A program made the translations under genes and the position numbers. Of a stretch of 64,000 nt of DNA, positions 24,471-35,440 are shown one piece after another. The notes beneath the pieces are model-generated. The model did no database searches. It had not been told where the DNA came from and was given only the letters and a program-made list of their open reading frames with translations. The stretch's first letter is position 1. Each line of letters starts with the position of its first letter. Origin of the DNA: Vairimorpha necatrix (taxonomy: Eukaryota); the NCBI GenBank assembly GCA_036630325.1, contig CP142727.1:434001-498000 (forward strand). Direction: 5' to 3'.

Positions 24471-25852
24471 TTTTAAGTAATATCTAAAAAGTGTTTATGT
24501 TTTTAATGACATTGAATAATTTAATAAAAGTGTGTTGATATAAAGTGCCTGATAATATCCTTCTGCATCGTATCTTTTTCTAAAACGTTATAATATACAA
24601 AAAAAACTCTTTGATGTTATATGCTATCTTAATAATCCTACTTATGTTAATATTTCACATAAAATTGCATATTTAAGTACTATCTAGAATTATTTTGTTT
24701 TATTTTTCATTCTGTATTGTTTTTGTTAAAATTTTTATATTGTCTTATTTGAATGGTAATTTGTAATAAATTAGATTAAAATTATTTGTAATATTTATTA
24801 TAAAAGTTGATGAGCATTTATTTGCACAATTTCTAACATGACATTCTCTTTACTATATATTACCTTACAAAACGCAACCTTTTTATTTTCTGCATTAGAA
24901 AAAATTCAATATAGAAAATTTTGATTTAAAATAGTCAAGATCAACCATCAATCACTTTTTTAACAAATAAAGTTAAAACTTGCCAAAATAATATTTTTTA
25001 TTTATTGTTTTCATTTAAGTAATACAACATTAAGTTAATGCTTTAATTTGCAATTAAAACTTAGAAAAAATAAATAGATATGTTTGGCGTACAACATAAA
25101 ATGCATCTAATTCGTTCCTATTGAATCAAAAAGCTTAGACCGTAATTTTCAGTAAATTTTTATTGATATAATATTTTTTAAAACACATAGAAGCCTTCTA
25201 AAATTATGTTCAGTAAAAAAAAATAAATTAATCTGCACAAATCTTTTTAGATGCTTCAAAAATCTTATTTGATTATAAAAAATAACACACGTGAATAGGG
25301 ATAAAATATTACATTTTTAATACAATTTTTAATATTCTGGGTTGTTTATACAAAATTTTAAGATATTTTTTAATGTTTGTTTTATAGATATATGTAATAG
25401 AATCTGAATGAACATTATTCAAATTAAATGTAAAAAAAGCAGAATAAAAATTTATTTATCAATTATGTCTTTTTTAAACTATTAACATTCAAGCAAAGCA
25501 CGATGTCTAATATTTAATCAAAATGTACACAAATGAAATGTTTATAGAATGAACCTGGTTTGTATTTTTATTTTTATGTTAGAGATTTATAAAAGCGAAA
25601 TTTAAAATCAGAAGAATTTTTCAAAGTCAAATTTTCTGGGGGATTTCGCTAATATTAAATTTATTCAATGGTATACATCAAAATTAAAAAGCTAATGCGT
25701 ATGTGACATTTAGGTAATCCATTAAAACATATCTTAACATCACGAAACATATAATGCTTCTTCAATTAATTCGAAGGATGTGGAACATTAAATCTATTAA
25801 ATATAAGCATTTTATTTTGTCGTTAGAAGATTTTTTTTTCTGCGAGTTAAGT

Positions 25853-25905
25853 CTACAAAAGTAATCAATAAAGGCAGGTAGCGCTTTTATTGATTACTTT
25901 TGTAG
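25853..25905. repeat. Perfect 20-bp inverted repeat with 13-nt spacer
   Basis: CTACAAAAGTAATCAATAAA (25853-25872) pairs with TTTATTGATTACTTTTGTAG (25886-25905). Confidence 0.9.
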
Positions 25906-26301
25906 GAAAAAAATAATGACTTATGATATTATGGTTTGCATATCATCTGAAATAATATTAAATCCAATTATTATTTAATTTGAGATCCTCCCCTATATAA
26001 AAAATTTTATGTATTAGGATATTTATTATAAATAGTCCAATTCACAATAGTGTATACTATATATAAAATATTCAAGTGTCTAATGTTTGAGATTTTTGAC
26101 ATGTGTTGACAAAAATTGAAAAAAAACTAAGCCATATTTTCAGAAAAAATTTCGGGTGTAAACATTGACAAGTAAATAAAAAAAGTAATAACAGAAGTTA
26201 GTTTAAGCACATTCGCGGTATAAAAAGAGCTTTTATACATAATAATCAAAATTTAAACACAGTAAATTTTTAAAAAGGTCTTTTTAAGGACACGTAAATC
26301 T

Positions 26302-27912
26302 TTAATAATATTTTAGTATTATTGTCTCCTCGACATTGTTCCTCAAATATTGCCCATTCATAATGTACAATTTGACTTCACTACTAATTTTGTCCGCGGG
26401 AGCATCGAAAGTAAACATGACATCTTTCAAATTCTTCTCGTCAATAACTTCAATATTTTTATGAAGAATATTGTCTACTGTCAAAAACACAGACCAAGTA
26501 CATAGGCTTCTTTCTTTAATATTGTAAGTGTGCACACATTTCTCAATTTTCGATTTATTTAAAATGTCTAATCTGACTTTTATGGTCACTAAACTTTTAT
26601 TTTCAATCTTAAATGTATTGAAATTCTTAATCTTCTCTTTTTTTACTATCAAATCTTCTTTATCTTCGTCTTCTACGTCTGACGCATCATTCAAATTTCC
26701 TGTATTCTGAGTCGCCGCAGAAAATTCTTTGACTACTATTTTCTTAATATTTTCATGTACCAACAAAGCATCTTTAAGTTCTTGACCACTTAAAAGATTA
26801 CTAAGAGCTTCTTGTACATCAACTTTCTGTCCAGAAATCTTCTTTAAGAATAAATCAGAAAATTTAACATGAGGATATTGTAACAAGAAATATTCTTCGT
26901 CAAATACAGATTGAAGAATCATAGCTTGTAAAGTAAAAAGTTTCTTATAGATTTCTGTGTATCCTTTAGTAATAGCTACACATTTCATACCATCTATTAA
27001 AATCAAACTATGTGTTTTTATAAAATCAAGATCTTTCTCTTTACACTCATTGAGTCTAAATAAATGATCCATTAGAACTAAAAAACCTTCATTAAGATTT
27101 TTTACATCGGGTAAAGGATACCCAAAATTATATTCAATATTAGATTTAATATTTTTGGCATTACTTGAAAATTTTTTAGTCGAAAATTCTTTAGACTTTG
27201 TTAGTATAACCAACAAATTCTTAATGTCGCATTTCTTCTTTAAATCCTCATTTATAAAATTAATAAAACATTCCATAGAGTCAAATTGCACTCCTAAAGA
27301 ATTTTTAGTTTTTATATTTTTCCATTTTCTATAGGCGTAATTTGGTAAACACAAACCTAAAATCAAGCAATAAATAATAAAAGCCAAAGTAGCATTTTTC
27401 ATTATAACATCAGGAATGGCCATAATTTCCCCTGACTTTGATTCGTTATTAAGCCATTTCGCAAATGTATTTTTATCTTTTACGATATTATAAGCTTTAC
27501 TTATTTCTATTATTTTTTCTTCATATTCTTTCTTTTTGTTTTCTGGACACCTGTCTACGTTGTATTTTAACATCATTTTCACCATTTTCTTTTTTATTAG
27601 TTTTGGATTTGTGTTTATATCAATTCCCAAGATTTCAAATGGGTCGAAATCTCTTTTTAGATCTAATTTGATTACTAGTACATTTTTAAGTAAAATTGAT
27701 ACTAAAATCCAGAGAAATATAAGAGAGAAGTTTCCGAAGAAATTTCTCTCTTTTGGTAAATTTTTACAACTTACGCACTTACAAGACAATCGAGAGATAT
27801 TTTTCTTAAAAAAAAATTTGTAAGAAAAGTACAAAGTTATAGGTAAAATGAAGGAGAGGGCTAAATAACTTGAAGCCAGACCAGATTCGTCGTATTGGTA
27901 TTTGTAAGACAT
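26302..27912 (-). CDS. SEC63: Preprotein translocase subunit Sec63 (ER J-domain protein)
   Basis: N-terminal MSYKYQYDESG, three TM segments, J-like domain FDPFEILGI...IEISKAY and MAIPDVI motif. ATG 27912 is preceded by CCC. Confidence 0.88.
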   Translation of the reverse strand: MSYKYQYDESGLASSYLALSFILPITLYFSYKFFFKKNISRLSCKCVSCKNLPKERNFFGNFSLIFLWILVSILLKNVLVIKLDLKRDFDPFEILGIDINTNPKLIKKKMVKMMLKYNVDRCPENKKKEYEEKIIEISKAYNIVKDKNTFAKWLNNESKSGEIMAIPDVIMKNATLAFIIYCLILGLCLPNYAYRKWKNIKTKNSLGVQFDSMECFINFINEDLKKKCDIKNLLVILTKSKEFSTKKFSSNAKNIKSNIEYNFGYPLPDVKNLNEGFLVLMDHLFRLNECKEKDLDFIKTHSLILIDGMKCVAITKGYTEIYKKLFTLQAMILQSVFDEEYFLLQYPHVKFSDLFLKKISGQKVDVQEALSNLLSGQELKDALLVHENIKKIVVKEFSAATQNTGNLNDASDVEDEDKEDLIVKKEKIKNFNTFKIENKSLVTIKVRLDILNKSKIEKCVHTYNIKERSLCTWSVFLTVDNILHKNIEVIDEKNLKDVMFTFDAPADKISSEVKLYIMNGQYLRNNVEETIILKYY

Positions 27913-28284
27913 GGGTAGAAAAATAAACAAAAAAAAAATAAAAAATTAGAAAAAATGTAAACAGATCAAAATAGTTCCATTTAACTTCTAGACAATAAAA
28001 AAAAATTTATTAAAAATTTATGATCATTTGTTGTTTACAAGAATGTTGAAAACGGGTGAACAAATTTCGTAAACAAATAAAAATTCTCCATAGTTTTATA
28101 AACAAAAAAATAAAAGCAAATTTTTTAATTCATAATGTTTTTCATTGTGAATTTTCTTATTCATTTTTCCATTGGTACTTTTTTACATTTCTTACATGTA
28201 ATTTTGCTTCATCTAATTCGTTCAAATTAATTAAAAACTGATTAGTGCCTTAAGATATAAATATATTGAAATTTACAAAAAAAC

Positions 28285-29193
28285 ATGTTCTCTAAGAAAA
28301 TCACACTCAATAACGGCAAAGAAATGCCTATGCTGGGACTTGGTACTTATAAAATCAATACTGAAAAAAGTGTAGAAGATGCACTTCGGAATGCTTTAAA
28401 ATGTGGATATCGACACATTGACACTGCTCTTCTTTATGAGAATGAGATTTTTATCGGCAAAGCTCTCTTGAAAATATTTAAAGAAGGTCTAGTAAAAAGA
28501 GAAGAATTGTTTATAACTTCGAAGTTATGGAACACATACCACGAAGATCCAGAACGCGGTATTCGGACAACTTTGAACAATTTACAAATGGACTATATTG
28601 ATTTATATTTAGTCCACTGGCCAGTAAAATTCAAAACAAATGAGAATTTTGAATCTTTAAAAAACGAAAAAGGCGAAATTATTTTGGACGAATTCGAATG
28701 CGTAAAATTGTGGAATAAAATGGAAAAATTATTAGAAAAAGGTCTTACTAAATCAATTGGTGTGGCGAATCACGGCGAACATAATTTACAACTTATTTTA
28801 AAAGAATGTAAAATTAAGCCAGTAGTTAACCAAGTAGAAATCAATCCATATTTGTCACAAGAAGGTTTAGTAGATTTTTGTCATAAAAATGGAATCAATG
28901 TAATAAGTTACTCGTCATTTGGCGGGCCAACTAAAAGTAAATATAATTTGAGAGAAGATGAAGAATTAATAAAAATATCAAAGAAATATAATAAAACAGT
29001 GTCACAAGTCATATTAAGTTGGTTAATAAAGAGGGATATAATGGTTATACCTAAAAGTACAAGTGAAGAGCATATAAAAGAAAATGCTGGGATTTTTGAT
29101 ATTGAAGATGAAGATATGAAAAAGATTTCGGGGCTGAATAAAAATTTTAGATTTAATGATGCAAGTTCATATGGACCTGACAGATTTAAATAA
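28285..29193 (+). CDS. Aldo/keto reductase family oxidoreductase
   Basis: MPMLGLGT, GYRHIDTA..Y, REELFITSKLW, DYIDLYLVHWP, KSIGVAN, NQVEINP and IPKS motifs. Confidence 0.97.
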   Translation: MFSKKITLNNGKEMPMLGLGTYKINTEKSVEDALRNALKCGYRHIDTALLYENEIFIGKALLKIFKEGLVKREELFITSKLWNTYHEDPERGIRTTLNNLQMDYIDLYLVHWPVKFKTNENFESLKNEKGEIILDEFECVKLWNKMEKLLEKGLTKSIGVANHGEHNLQLILKECKIKPVVNQVEINPYLSQEGLVDFCHKNGINVISYSSFGGPTKSKYNLREDEELIKISKKYNKTVSQVILSWLIKRDIMVIPKSTSEEHIKENAGIFDIEDEDMKKISGLNKNFRFNDASSYGPDRFK

Positions 29194-29243
29194 AAATGAA
29201 AATTCTAACTTTTTTTTCATAGTAAATTTTTTAAGTTTAATTT

Positions 29244-31334
29244 TTAAGGAATATATTCAATATTATTATTTTTCATATGAAGATATCCTTTAGACATCAA
29301 TCTCTGTAAAATACCTCGTAAATCTGAATCCTCAAAATCGAGCGAGCCTGAAATTTCCTTAATTGTTGATTTTTTATGTTTTTTCATAAATTTCATTATT
29401 TGCGAATCCACTGCGAATTCTACCAGAGAATTATTATTAATTTCACTGTCGAGTTTAACTTCATCTTGTATTTTATAATCAAATAAATCTATTGAGTCAA
29501 ATTCTTCTTCATTTTTTATTTTTTTGTTCAAAATTTTACATTTATCTTTCAGAATTTCAAGGTCAGAATTAATAAAAATTTTATTAGTTTCCCGTCTAAT
29601 AAATCCATGTTTCTCCAAAAAATCAATGTTTTCCTCAAAATTCGGATCTTTACTTAAATTTTTCACTTTTTTTATTAAATTTTCTTCTGAAAAATACATC
29701 AAAAGAGACACTTTGTCCGCGCTCAGCCTGAAATTTATTCCCAGAAACTCAAAAATTATAAAAGACGCTCTAAAAGAGCAAGAGATTTCTGATCTTGGAA
29801 ATTTCAAATAAAATCTTTTCACTAAAATATCTTGTAAAGCAGACAACTTCGGATGTAAATTTATCGAATTAATTTCGATATTACAAAATCCTTTAGTAAT
29901 TAATCGTAATTCTGTTAAAAAATTTTCATTTTGTCCACTTAATCCAAAACTTTGTTCAATTGGCGAATTGTAATTTTGTAAAATCAAAATTAACCAAGAC
30001 ACACTTGATGAACCACAATAAATCTCACAAACCCTAAATAGTTGAAGTTCTTGGTCTATTTTTGTAGTGTCATTGATTATTCTTTCCAGACAATCATGGC
30101 ATAATTTGTTTATTATTAAATTTTTCTGATTAAGTTTGTTTATCAAATAAAATGTGTAATTTAATTGTTCATCAAAATCTTCTTTTTGATTTATCCAGTT
30201 TGAAAAATAATTTGGTAAGTTTTCCGTATTTGATAAAAGTTCTACTATTTTTTTTTCGATGTTTAATTGAAAAGTGTCAATTTTCAAATTTTTAAATTTG
30301 AAATTTTCAAAAAATAATAAAAAAAATTTGAAAATTTTTTCTGGATCTTTTAAAAATTCTAAATGGGTTAGAATGTGAAGTTCTAATTTTTTAAAGAATA
30401 TTGAAATGTAATTTTCTTCCATATAAAAAAGAATATTTTCGATTTTTTTATAATTTTCAATGAATTTTGTATTATTTGCGTAAAACCTTGTATAATTAGT
30501 TACATTTGAATTATCGACTTTGTTTTGTTCATTATTATTTACAACATGATTTTTAGTATTTACAGAATTAATATCATTAGATTTTAAATTTTGTTCCCTT
30601 GGTATTTTTTTATTGTTAAAAAACCAGTTTAATAATTTTTTAAAATTTTTAGAAATAAGTTTCACAATCTCAGAATAAAATTCTCTATCAGAAGATTCAA
30701 ACAGTTCTTTTGCTATTTCCAATTCTCTATTAGTTTTACTTATCAATTTTTCTATATCATCATCTTTACAAATTTTAAAAGATTTAAAATAAATTTCCAA
30801 AAATTTTTCATATTCTTCCAAATTTTCACTATAAAAAAACAGGTCTTTTAGAAATGTCACAGATTTCTTTAATTCCTCCATATTTTCCAGTTTATTTGAT
30901 TTTCTTAGTGTTTCTATTTCATAAATGAAATATTCTTCTATATTTGTTATACGCGAATACATGAAATTATTATACAATAAGTTATAGAATAATGTATTAA
31001 GATGTACTACGTTACTACCTCTTTTTTTTATATTACAATTTATATAAAATCTTTCTAGATAATAATAAACTCTATTTATTAATATAAAACTTTTTTCAAG
31101 TTTTATATTTAATAGAAAAAAGCCTTGTAAAGAAGAAATAGGCCTTAAAGATTTGAAATATTCTGATAAGACCTTTTTTAGTAAGTCGTAGATGAGAGCG
31201 CCTTTTATTTCGTAAGATTGGGTTTTTTCTGTACAGTGTAAATAAATGATATTGTAAGATTTTATAAAGTCATTTGAAGTGAACGAGTCACTTGTTTTTA
31301 ACATTTTGAGAGTCAAATTTTCCAAGTCTTTCAT
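29244..31334 (-). CDS. Divergent cullin-family protein
   Basis: N-terminal Y..IY.HCT and ...VYYYLERFYI cullin-repeat motifs, LITKGF, and a C-terminal winged-helix/neddylation-type region VDSQIMKFMKKHKK...LQRLMSKGYL. ATG 31334 is preceded by CCCC. Confidence 0.8.
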   Translation of the reverse strand: MKDLENLTLKMLKTSDSFTSNDFIKSYNIIYLHCTEKTQSYEIKGALIYDLLKKVLSEYFKSLRPISSLQGFFLLNIKLEKSFILINRVYYYLERFYINCNIKKRGSNVVHLNTLFYNLLYNNFMYSRITNIEEYFIYEIETLRKSNKLENMEELKKSVTFLKDLFFYSENLEEYEKFLEIYFKSFKICKDDDIEKLISKTNRELEIAKELFESSDREFYSEIVKLISKNFKKLLNWFFNNKKIPREQNLKSNDINSVNTKNHVVNNNEQNKVDNSNVTNYTRFYANNTKFIENYKKIENILFYMEENYISIFFKKLELHILTHLEFLKDPEKIFKFFLLFFENFKFKNLKIDTFQLNIEKKIVELLSNTENLPNYFSNWINQKEDFDEQLNYTFYLINKLNQKNLIINKLCHDCLERIINDTTKIDQELQLFRVCEIYCGSSSVSWLILILQNYNSPIEQSFGLSGQNENFLTELRLITKGFCNIEINSINLHPKLSALQDILVKRFYLKFPRSEISCSFRASFIIFEFLGINFRLSADKVSLLMYFSEENLIKKVKNLSKDPNFEENIDFLEKHGFIRRETNKIFINSDLEILKDKCKILNKKIKNEEEFDSIDLFDYKIQDEVKLDSEINNNSLVEFAVDSQIMKFMKKHKKSTIKEISGSLDFEDSDLRGILQRLMSKGYLHMKNNNIEYIP

Positions 31335-31410
31335 TTGGGGCAAAAACAAAAAAAAATTAAAAAATTTATTTTATAAATTTTAATGTGTTCTAACTTCAAT
31401 TGTTTATAGA

Positions 31411-31475
31411 AATCTTTCTAATATAAATCTTACTAATATAAATCTTACTAATATGAATCTTACTAATATGAATCT
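31411..31475. repeat. 15-bp minisatellite, ~4.3 copies
   Basis: Unit AATCTTACTAATAT(A/G), in the intergenic gap. Confidence 0.9.
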
Positions 31476-31492
31476 AGAGCATATAAAAAATA

Positions 31493-32017
31493 TTAATTGT
31501 TAGATAAATTTTGATATAAATCTTCTATGTTGTCGATCTTAGGGAAATTTTCTAATTCTTGACATAAATTGTACAGTTCATTTATATTTTTACTCATCTC
31601 TGTCTCGTTGCCTTTGGTCTCAAGACTGAGATGATGAAATTTCACTGCCACCAGGATTTTATGCACAAATATTTTTTGATCTGTGCCATTTTTGACCATT
31701 TTATAAATATCCCGTGTATATTTATAAAGGCTCTTATAGTAGCCCACACTCTGAGACTTCCCTATCCTCATTTCTTCTTCTCTGTATCCTTTTATATAGA
31801 AAATAATGGACTGTATATAATTTTCTATGGCTTCTGGCTTATTGTCTTTATTTTCCATGTCTCCTTCCCTTTTAAGAGTTCGGGCTTTTATAAGAAAATC
31901 ATTAGAAAGAGACTGGGTGGATTTATTTGGACTTGTGAATGTGCCAAATCCCTTTTCGTCGATATTGCAGTCCTTAAAATATCCCGATTTGAGCAAATTA
32001 TTGACTCTTTCTTCCAT
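31493..32017 (-). CDS. Hypothetical helical protein (174 aa), possibly AF4/Ebp1 C-terminal-like or MIT-like
   Basis: CCCCC-ATG start in the compact gene cluster. Segment FLIKARTLKREGD...AIENYIQSIIFYIKGY. Confidence 0.7.
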   Translation of the reverse strand: MEERVNNLLKSGYFKDCNIDEKGFGTFTSPNKSTQSLSNDFLIKARTLKREGDMENKDNKPEAIENYIQSIIFYIKGYREEEMRIGKSQSVGYYKSLYKYTRDIYKMVKNGTDQKIFVHKILVAVKFHHLSLETKGNETEMSKNINELYNLCQELENFPKIDNIEDLYQNLSNN

Positions 32018-32186
32018 GGGGGCAAATTAAATTAAAAAGATTTAATTATTTACAGTAGAGTGTCTGATGACACAAAATAATTAAAAAATAATTTTTACTT
32101 TTATCTTCGTCTTTTCTGCCCTAGACTGTATTACTTTTATAGGGAAATAGTAAAAAGCACTTTTTTTCTGTCATTTTTTTATCCTT

Positions 32187-32594
32187 ATGGATCGACTCTA
32201 CGGTGAAACCACAGACCTTCTTTTGGACAAATTGGCCAAATTCAAAGAAAACAAAGCATCATACGAAGAACTAAAAGAATTATTCGACAAAGAAGAAATA
32301 TTATCAGAATACAAAAACTGGGAAAATATAGAAAGAAAATTAAGGAAAGAAATATTCGAAAAATTAAACAAATTGAACACTCACTTGCTAAAATTAGAAA
32401 AGAAAATTTTAACTTATAAAAATATGAATAAAAACCAAGAAATAGAAATAAATATGGAAGATATAAAAATTAACTCTAATATTTTATGTAGAAATAAAGA
32501 ACCACTAGAAGGATATTCTAATAGTCCTTGGTATTTGCCATGTTATCCTACTTTAAATATGATAGAATTTCTACATGAAAATGAGGATGAATGA
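32187..32594 (+). CDS. Hypothetical coiled-coil protein (135 aa), weakly Med4-like C-terminus
   Basis: Open frame in the gene-dense block, heptad-rich, ending PWYLPCYPTLNMI. Confidence 0.65.
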   Translation: MDRLYGETTDLLLDKLAKFKENKASYEELKELFDKEEILSEYKNWENIERKLRKEIFEKLNKLNTHLLKLEKKILTYKNMNKNQEIEINMEDIKINSNILCRNKEPLEGYSNSPWYLPCYPTLNMIEFLHENEDE

Positions 32595-32724
32595 AATTTG
32601 TTTAGAATTTGTTTGTTTTTGCATAAATAAAAATTAAGAAAACTATAAATTGAAACAAATTTTTGATTTAGCATAAATAAAACAAAGTTTTATAAAAACA
32701 TATAAAAAAACAAGCCCCTTTAAA

Positions 32725-35310
32725 ATGAAAGAAGAAATGGATTTTGAACGAGATGCATGTGAAAAGATAAATGTAGTACTTGATGGCAACATCGAGCAAA
32801 ACATGAGCATTCTTGAGCTCAAAAGCACAACTATAAATAGAAGTATTGATACAAATAAAAGTAATGATATAAATAATGACATAACCATAAATAATGACAC
32901 AGTTAATGATTTAAACAATATATCACATATTAATAAAGATATGAATAATAACTTAGATATTAATAATACTGATAATGTGGAAATAGATTTTACAAAGAAC
33001 TCAGTAAGATTTATTAATTCAAGACCTCTTAAAAATTTATGGCCAATTGATGACAGTCTTTTATTGTTCATTGAAAACACTTCTGATTTAAATCTAAGAG
33101 ATGATACAAATTTAAGATATAAATTTCTAAATGCAAATATCTTGAAAGTAGAAATTGATAAAAATCTAAAGAAGAAAATATTCATAAAAAAGATCTTAAA
33201 GCAGAAATTAATATTTTTCTATGGAAAATATTTGACAGATTTTAAGAAATTTGAATATTGTAATTTAACTTATAATGACAAATTAGAAGTTTCAATACTA
33301 AACGAACAAATAGAAGATTTATATGAAAAATTGACCAATTCTGATTCTGAGGTCGAATATTTAGAAAGAACAAATGAAACAGACAATATGAAAAATAATT
33401 TAAACAAAATCAAGGAAGATGTTTCTTTTGATAAAAAGAACAAAAAGATGTTATTTTTTATAGACAAATGTATTGAATGTAAAAATAATCTAACAGAAAT
33501 AAGTCTAAATATAAATCTCTGCCCGATAACTTACAATGTCAATTTAGGCTCAAGAATTTACAGCTTATTGAAAGTCGACCATTTGACAGAATTGACTATT
33601 TTCGAAGTACTCCAGTCTCTTTGTGTCATAAATGAAGATTTACAAACATTTATGAAACATTTCAAAGTTCTACAAATTACAGGAATCATAATTCATCCAC
33701 TTACAAAAGTAAAAGAGGTGTCTGCTGTTGACAATTACGTCATAGTCACAAATATAACAAATATAGATTTAGGAATAGACACGAAAATACAAAGAAATCG
33801 GAAAATCTTAGGATTGACAAATTTGGGAAATACTTGTTTTTTAAATTCAAGTTTACAGGCAATTATAAATTGTAAAGAATTTTCTGATTATTTTTATTCT
33901 TGTGAATTATCAAAATTTAATAAAACTAAAGAATTATCAGGCGCCTTTTCAGAATTGATCAAATTATTTGACCAAAATATCGACACTGTCCACCCTTGCA
34001 AATTTCGGAATATTTTAGGACTTAAAAGGGAAATGTACCTTGAAAGGGAAGAACAAGACGCCATGGAATTTATTGCAGATTTATTAAATTTAATACACGA
34101 AGAATTAAAAATGAAAAAAGATTTTTTTGAAGATTTAGAAGGATACCAAAAATGGCAAATAGAAAATCAATCTATTGTCACAAATTTATTTTTTTTAAAA
34201 ATGAAATCTTCAATAATTTGTTCAGAATGTCAAAATTCTAGATCTATTTTTGAGCCAAATTTGCATCTTCCTGTACCAGTCAGGCAAGAAAAAAGATATT
34301 TTGATAATATCGTAATATTTTACGAATCTTCAAACAGAGTGCCTTTGAAAATATTTGCAGAAGAAAATTCTACGATTTTTGATCTTAAAATCATTTTACA
34401 GAAAGAATATTCTGTAACAAATAGAATTTTATGTTGTAAAATTTCTAATAATAATATTGTCAAATTAGAAGATTTTATAAATTTGAAAAATATCAAATCT
34501 ACGATTTTCTGTTATGAATTTATAAATGAAAAAAGACATGAATATTTTTGGATCAAAATTAATAAGAAATATTTCTTCTGGAACTCGTCTTTTGATTTTT
34601 TAATTTTAGGACGAAGTAACGAAGAAATAACAAAATCGAAAGTTTTGGAAGAAATTAAAACGAGGTTGACACCATTTTTAGATCAAAATTATACGAATTT
34701 ATTTTATGAAAATTTAGATAAATATTTCATAATTGAAAATCAGAAAAATTTAACGAATTATGAAATTAGTAAAAGACAAGTCTCTTGTAATATTTCGTCT
34801 TCTAATTTTGACAAATTATTTGGCTATGATTTCCGGCCTATAAAAAATATGATCCGGATAATTTCAGAGAAAATAGATCTAAAAAGCTGTATAAATAAAT
34901 TCCTAGAAAAGGAATACATTTTTGGAGATGACAAACATCTCTGTGAGGGATGTAACAAATACACAGTCCAGTATAAAGACACGAAATTAGAGAAACTTCC
35001 TAAATATTTGATAATTCAACTTAAGAGATTTAGATTTACAGGGACAGAATTAGAGAAAATTAATACATTCGTAGATTTCGACCTGGGCTCTTTTATGATA
35101 AATAATTCTAAATATCAAATTATAAGCGTAATTAACCACATTGCCCCTTCGGCAAGTCACGCCTTTAGGAGCGTGGGGTCAAATGGGCATTACACGTCAT
35201 ATGTGAAATATAAAGGAGAGTGGTATCTTTGTAATGATGAAGTAGTAAATAAAGTGGATAACATAAAGAAAGATGATGCCTATATTTTTATACTAGAGAA
35301 AATAGACTAA
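32725..35310 (+). CDS. Ubiquitin carboxyl-terminal hydrolase (USP/UBP, peptidase C19)
   Basis: Cys box GLTNLGNTCFLNSSLQ, EQDAMEF, LPKYLIIQLKRF, and His box GHYTSYVK...WYLCNDEVV. Confidence 0.95.
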   Translation: MKEEMDFERDACEKINVVLDGNIEQNMSILELKSTTINRSIDTNKSNDINNDITINNDTVNDLNNISHINKDMNNNLDINNTDNVEIDFTKNSVRFINSRPLKNLWPIDDSLLLFIENTSDLNLRDDTNLRYKFLNANILKVEIDKNLKKKIFIKKILKQKLIFFYGKYLTDFKKFEYCNLTYNDKLEVSILNEQIEDLYEKLTNSDSEVEYLERTNETDNMKNNLNKIKEDVSFDKKNKKMLFFIDKCIECKNNLTEISLNINLCPITYNVNLGSRIYSLLKVDHLTELTIFEVLQSLCVINEDLQTFMKHFKVLQITGIIIHPLTKVKEVSAVDNYVIVTNITNIDLGIDTKIQRNRKILGLTNLGNTCFLNSSLQAIINCKEFSDYFYSCELSKFNKTKELSGAFSELIKLFDQNIDTVHPCKFRNILGLKREMYLEREEQDAMEFIADLLNLIHEELKMKKDFFEDLEGYQKWQIENQSIVTNLFFLKMKSSIICSECQNSRSIFEPNLHLPVPVRQEKRYFDNIVIFYESSNRVPLKIFAEENSTIFDLKIILQKEYSVTNRILCCKISNNNIVKLEDFINLKNIKSTIFCYEFINEKRHEYFWIKINKKYFFWNSSFDFLILGRSNEEITKSKVLEEIKTRLTPFLDQNYTNLFYENLDKYFIIENQKNLTNYEISKRQVSCNISSSNFDKLFGYDFRPIKNMIRIISEKIDLKSCINKFLEKEYIFGDDKHLCEGCNKYTVQYKDTKLEKLPKYLIIQLKRFRFTGTELEKINTFVDFDLGSFMINNSKYQIISVINHIAPSASHAFRSVGSNGHYTSYVKYKGEWYLCNDEVVNKVDNIKKDDAYIFILEKID

Positions 35311-35440
35311 AAACAGGAGAAAAGCCCAGTATAAAATTAAAAGAAGCCTAAATATGACGGATAATGAGATATATACAGAAAACTATAGAGACACAAATTT
35401 AATAAATATTTTTATCTTATTTTTTTACCCTTTAATTTCT

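Noticed and set aside
31411-31475. CRISPR-like array
   Set aside because: Head-to-tail 15-bp units with no spacers, in a eukaryotic context.
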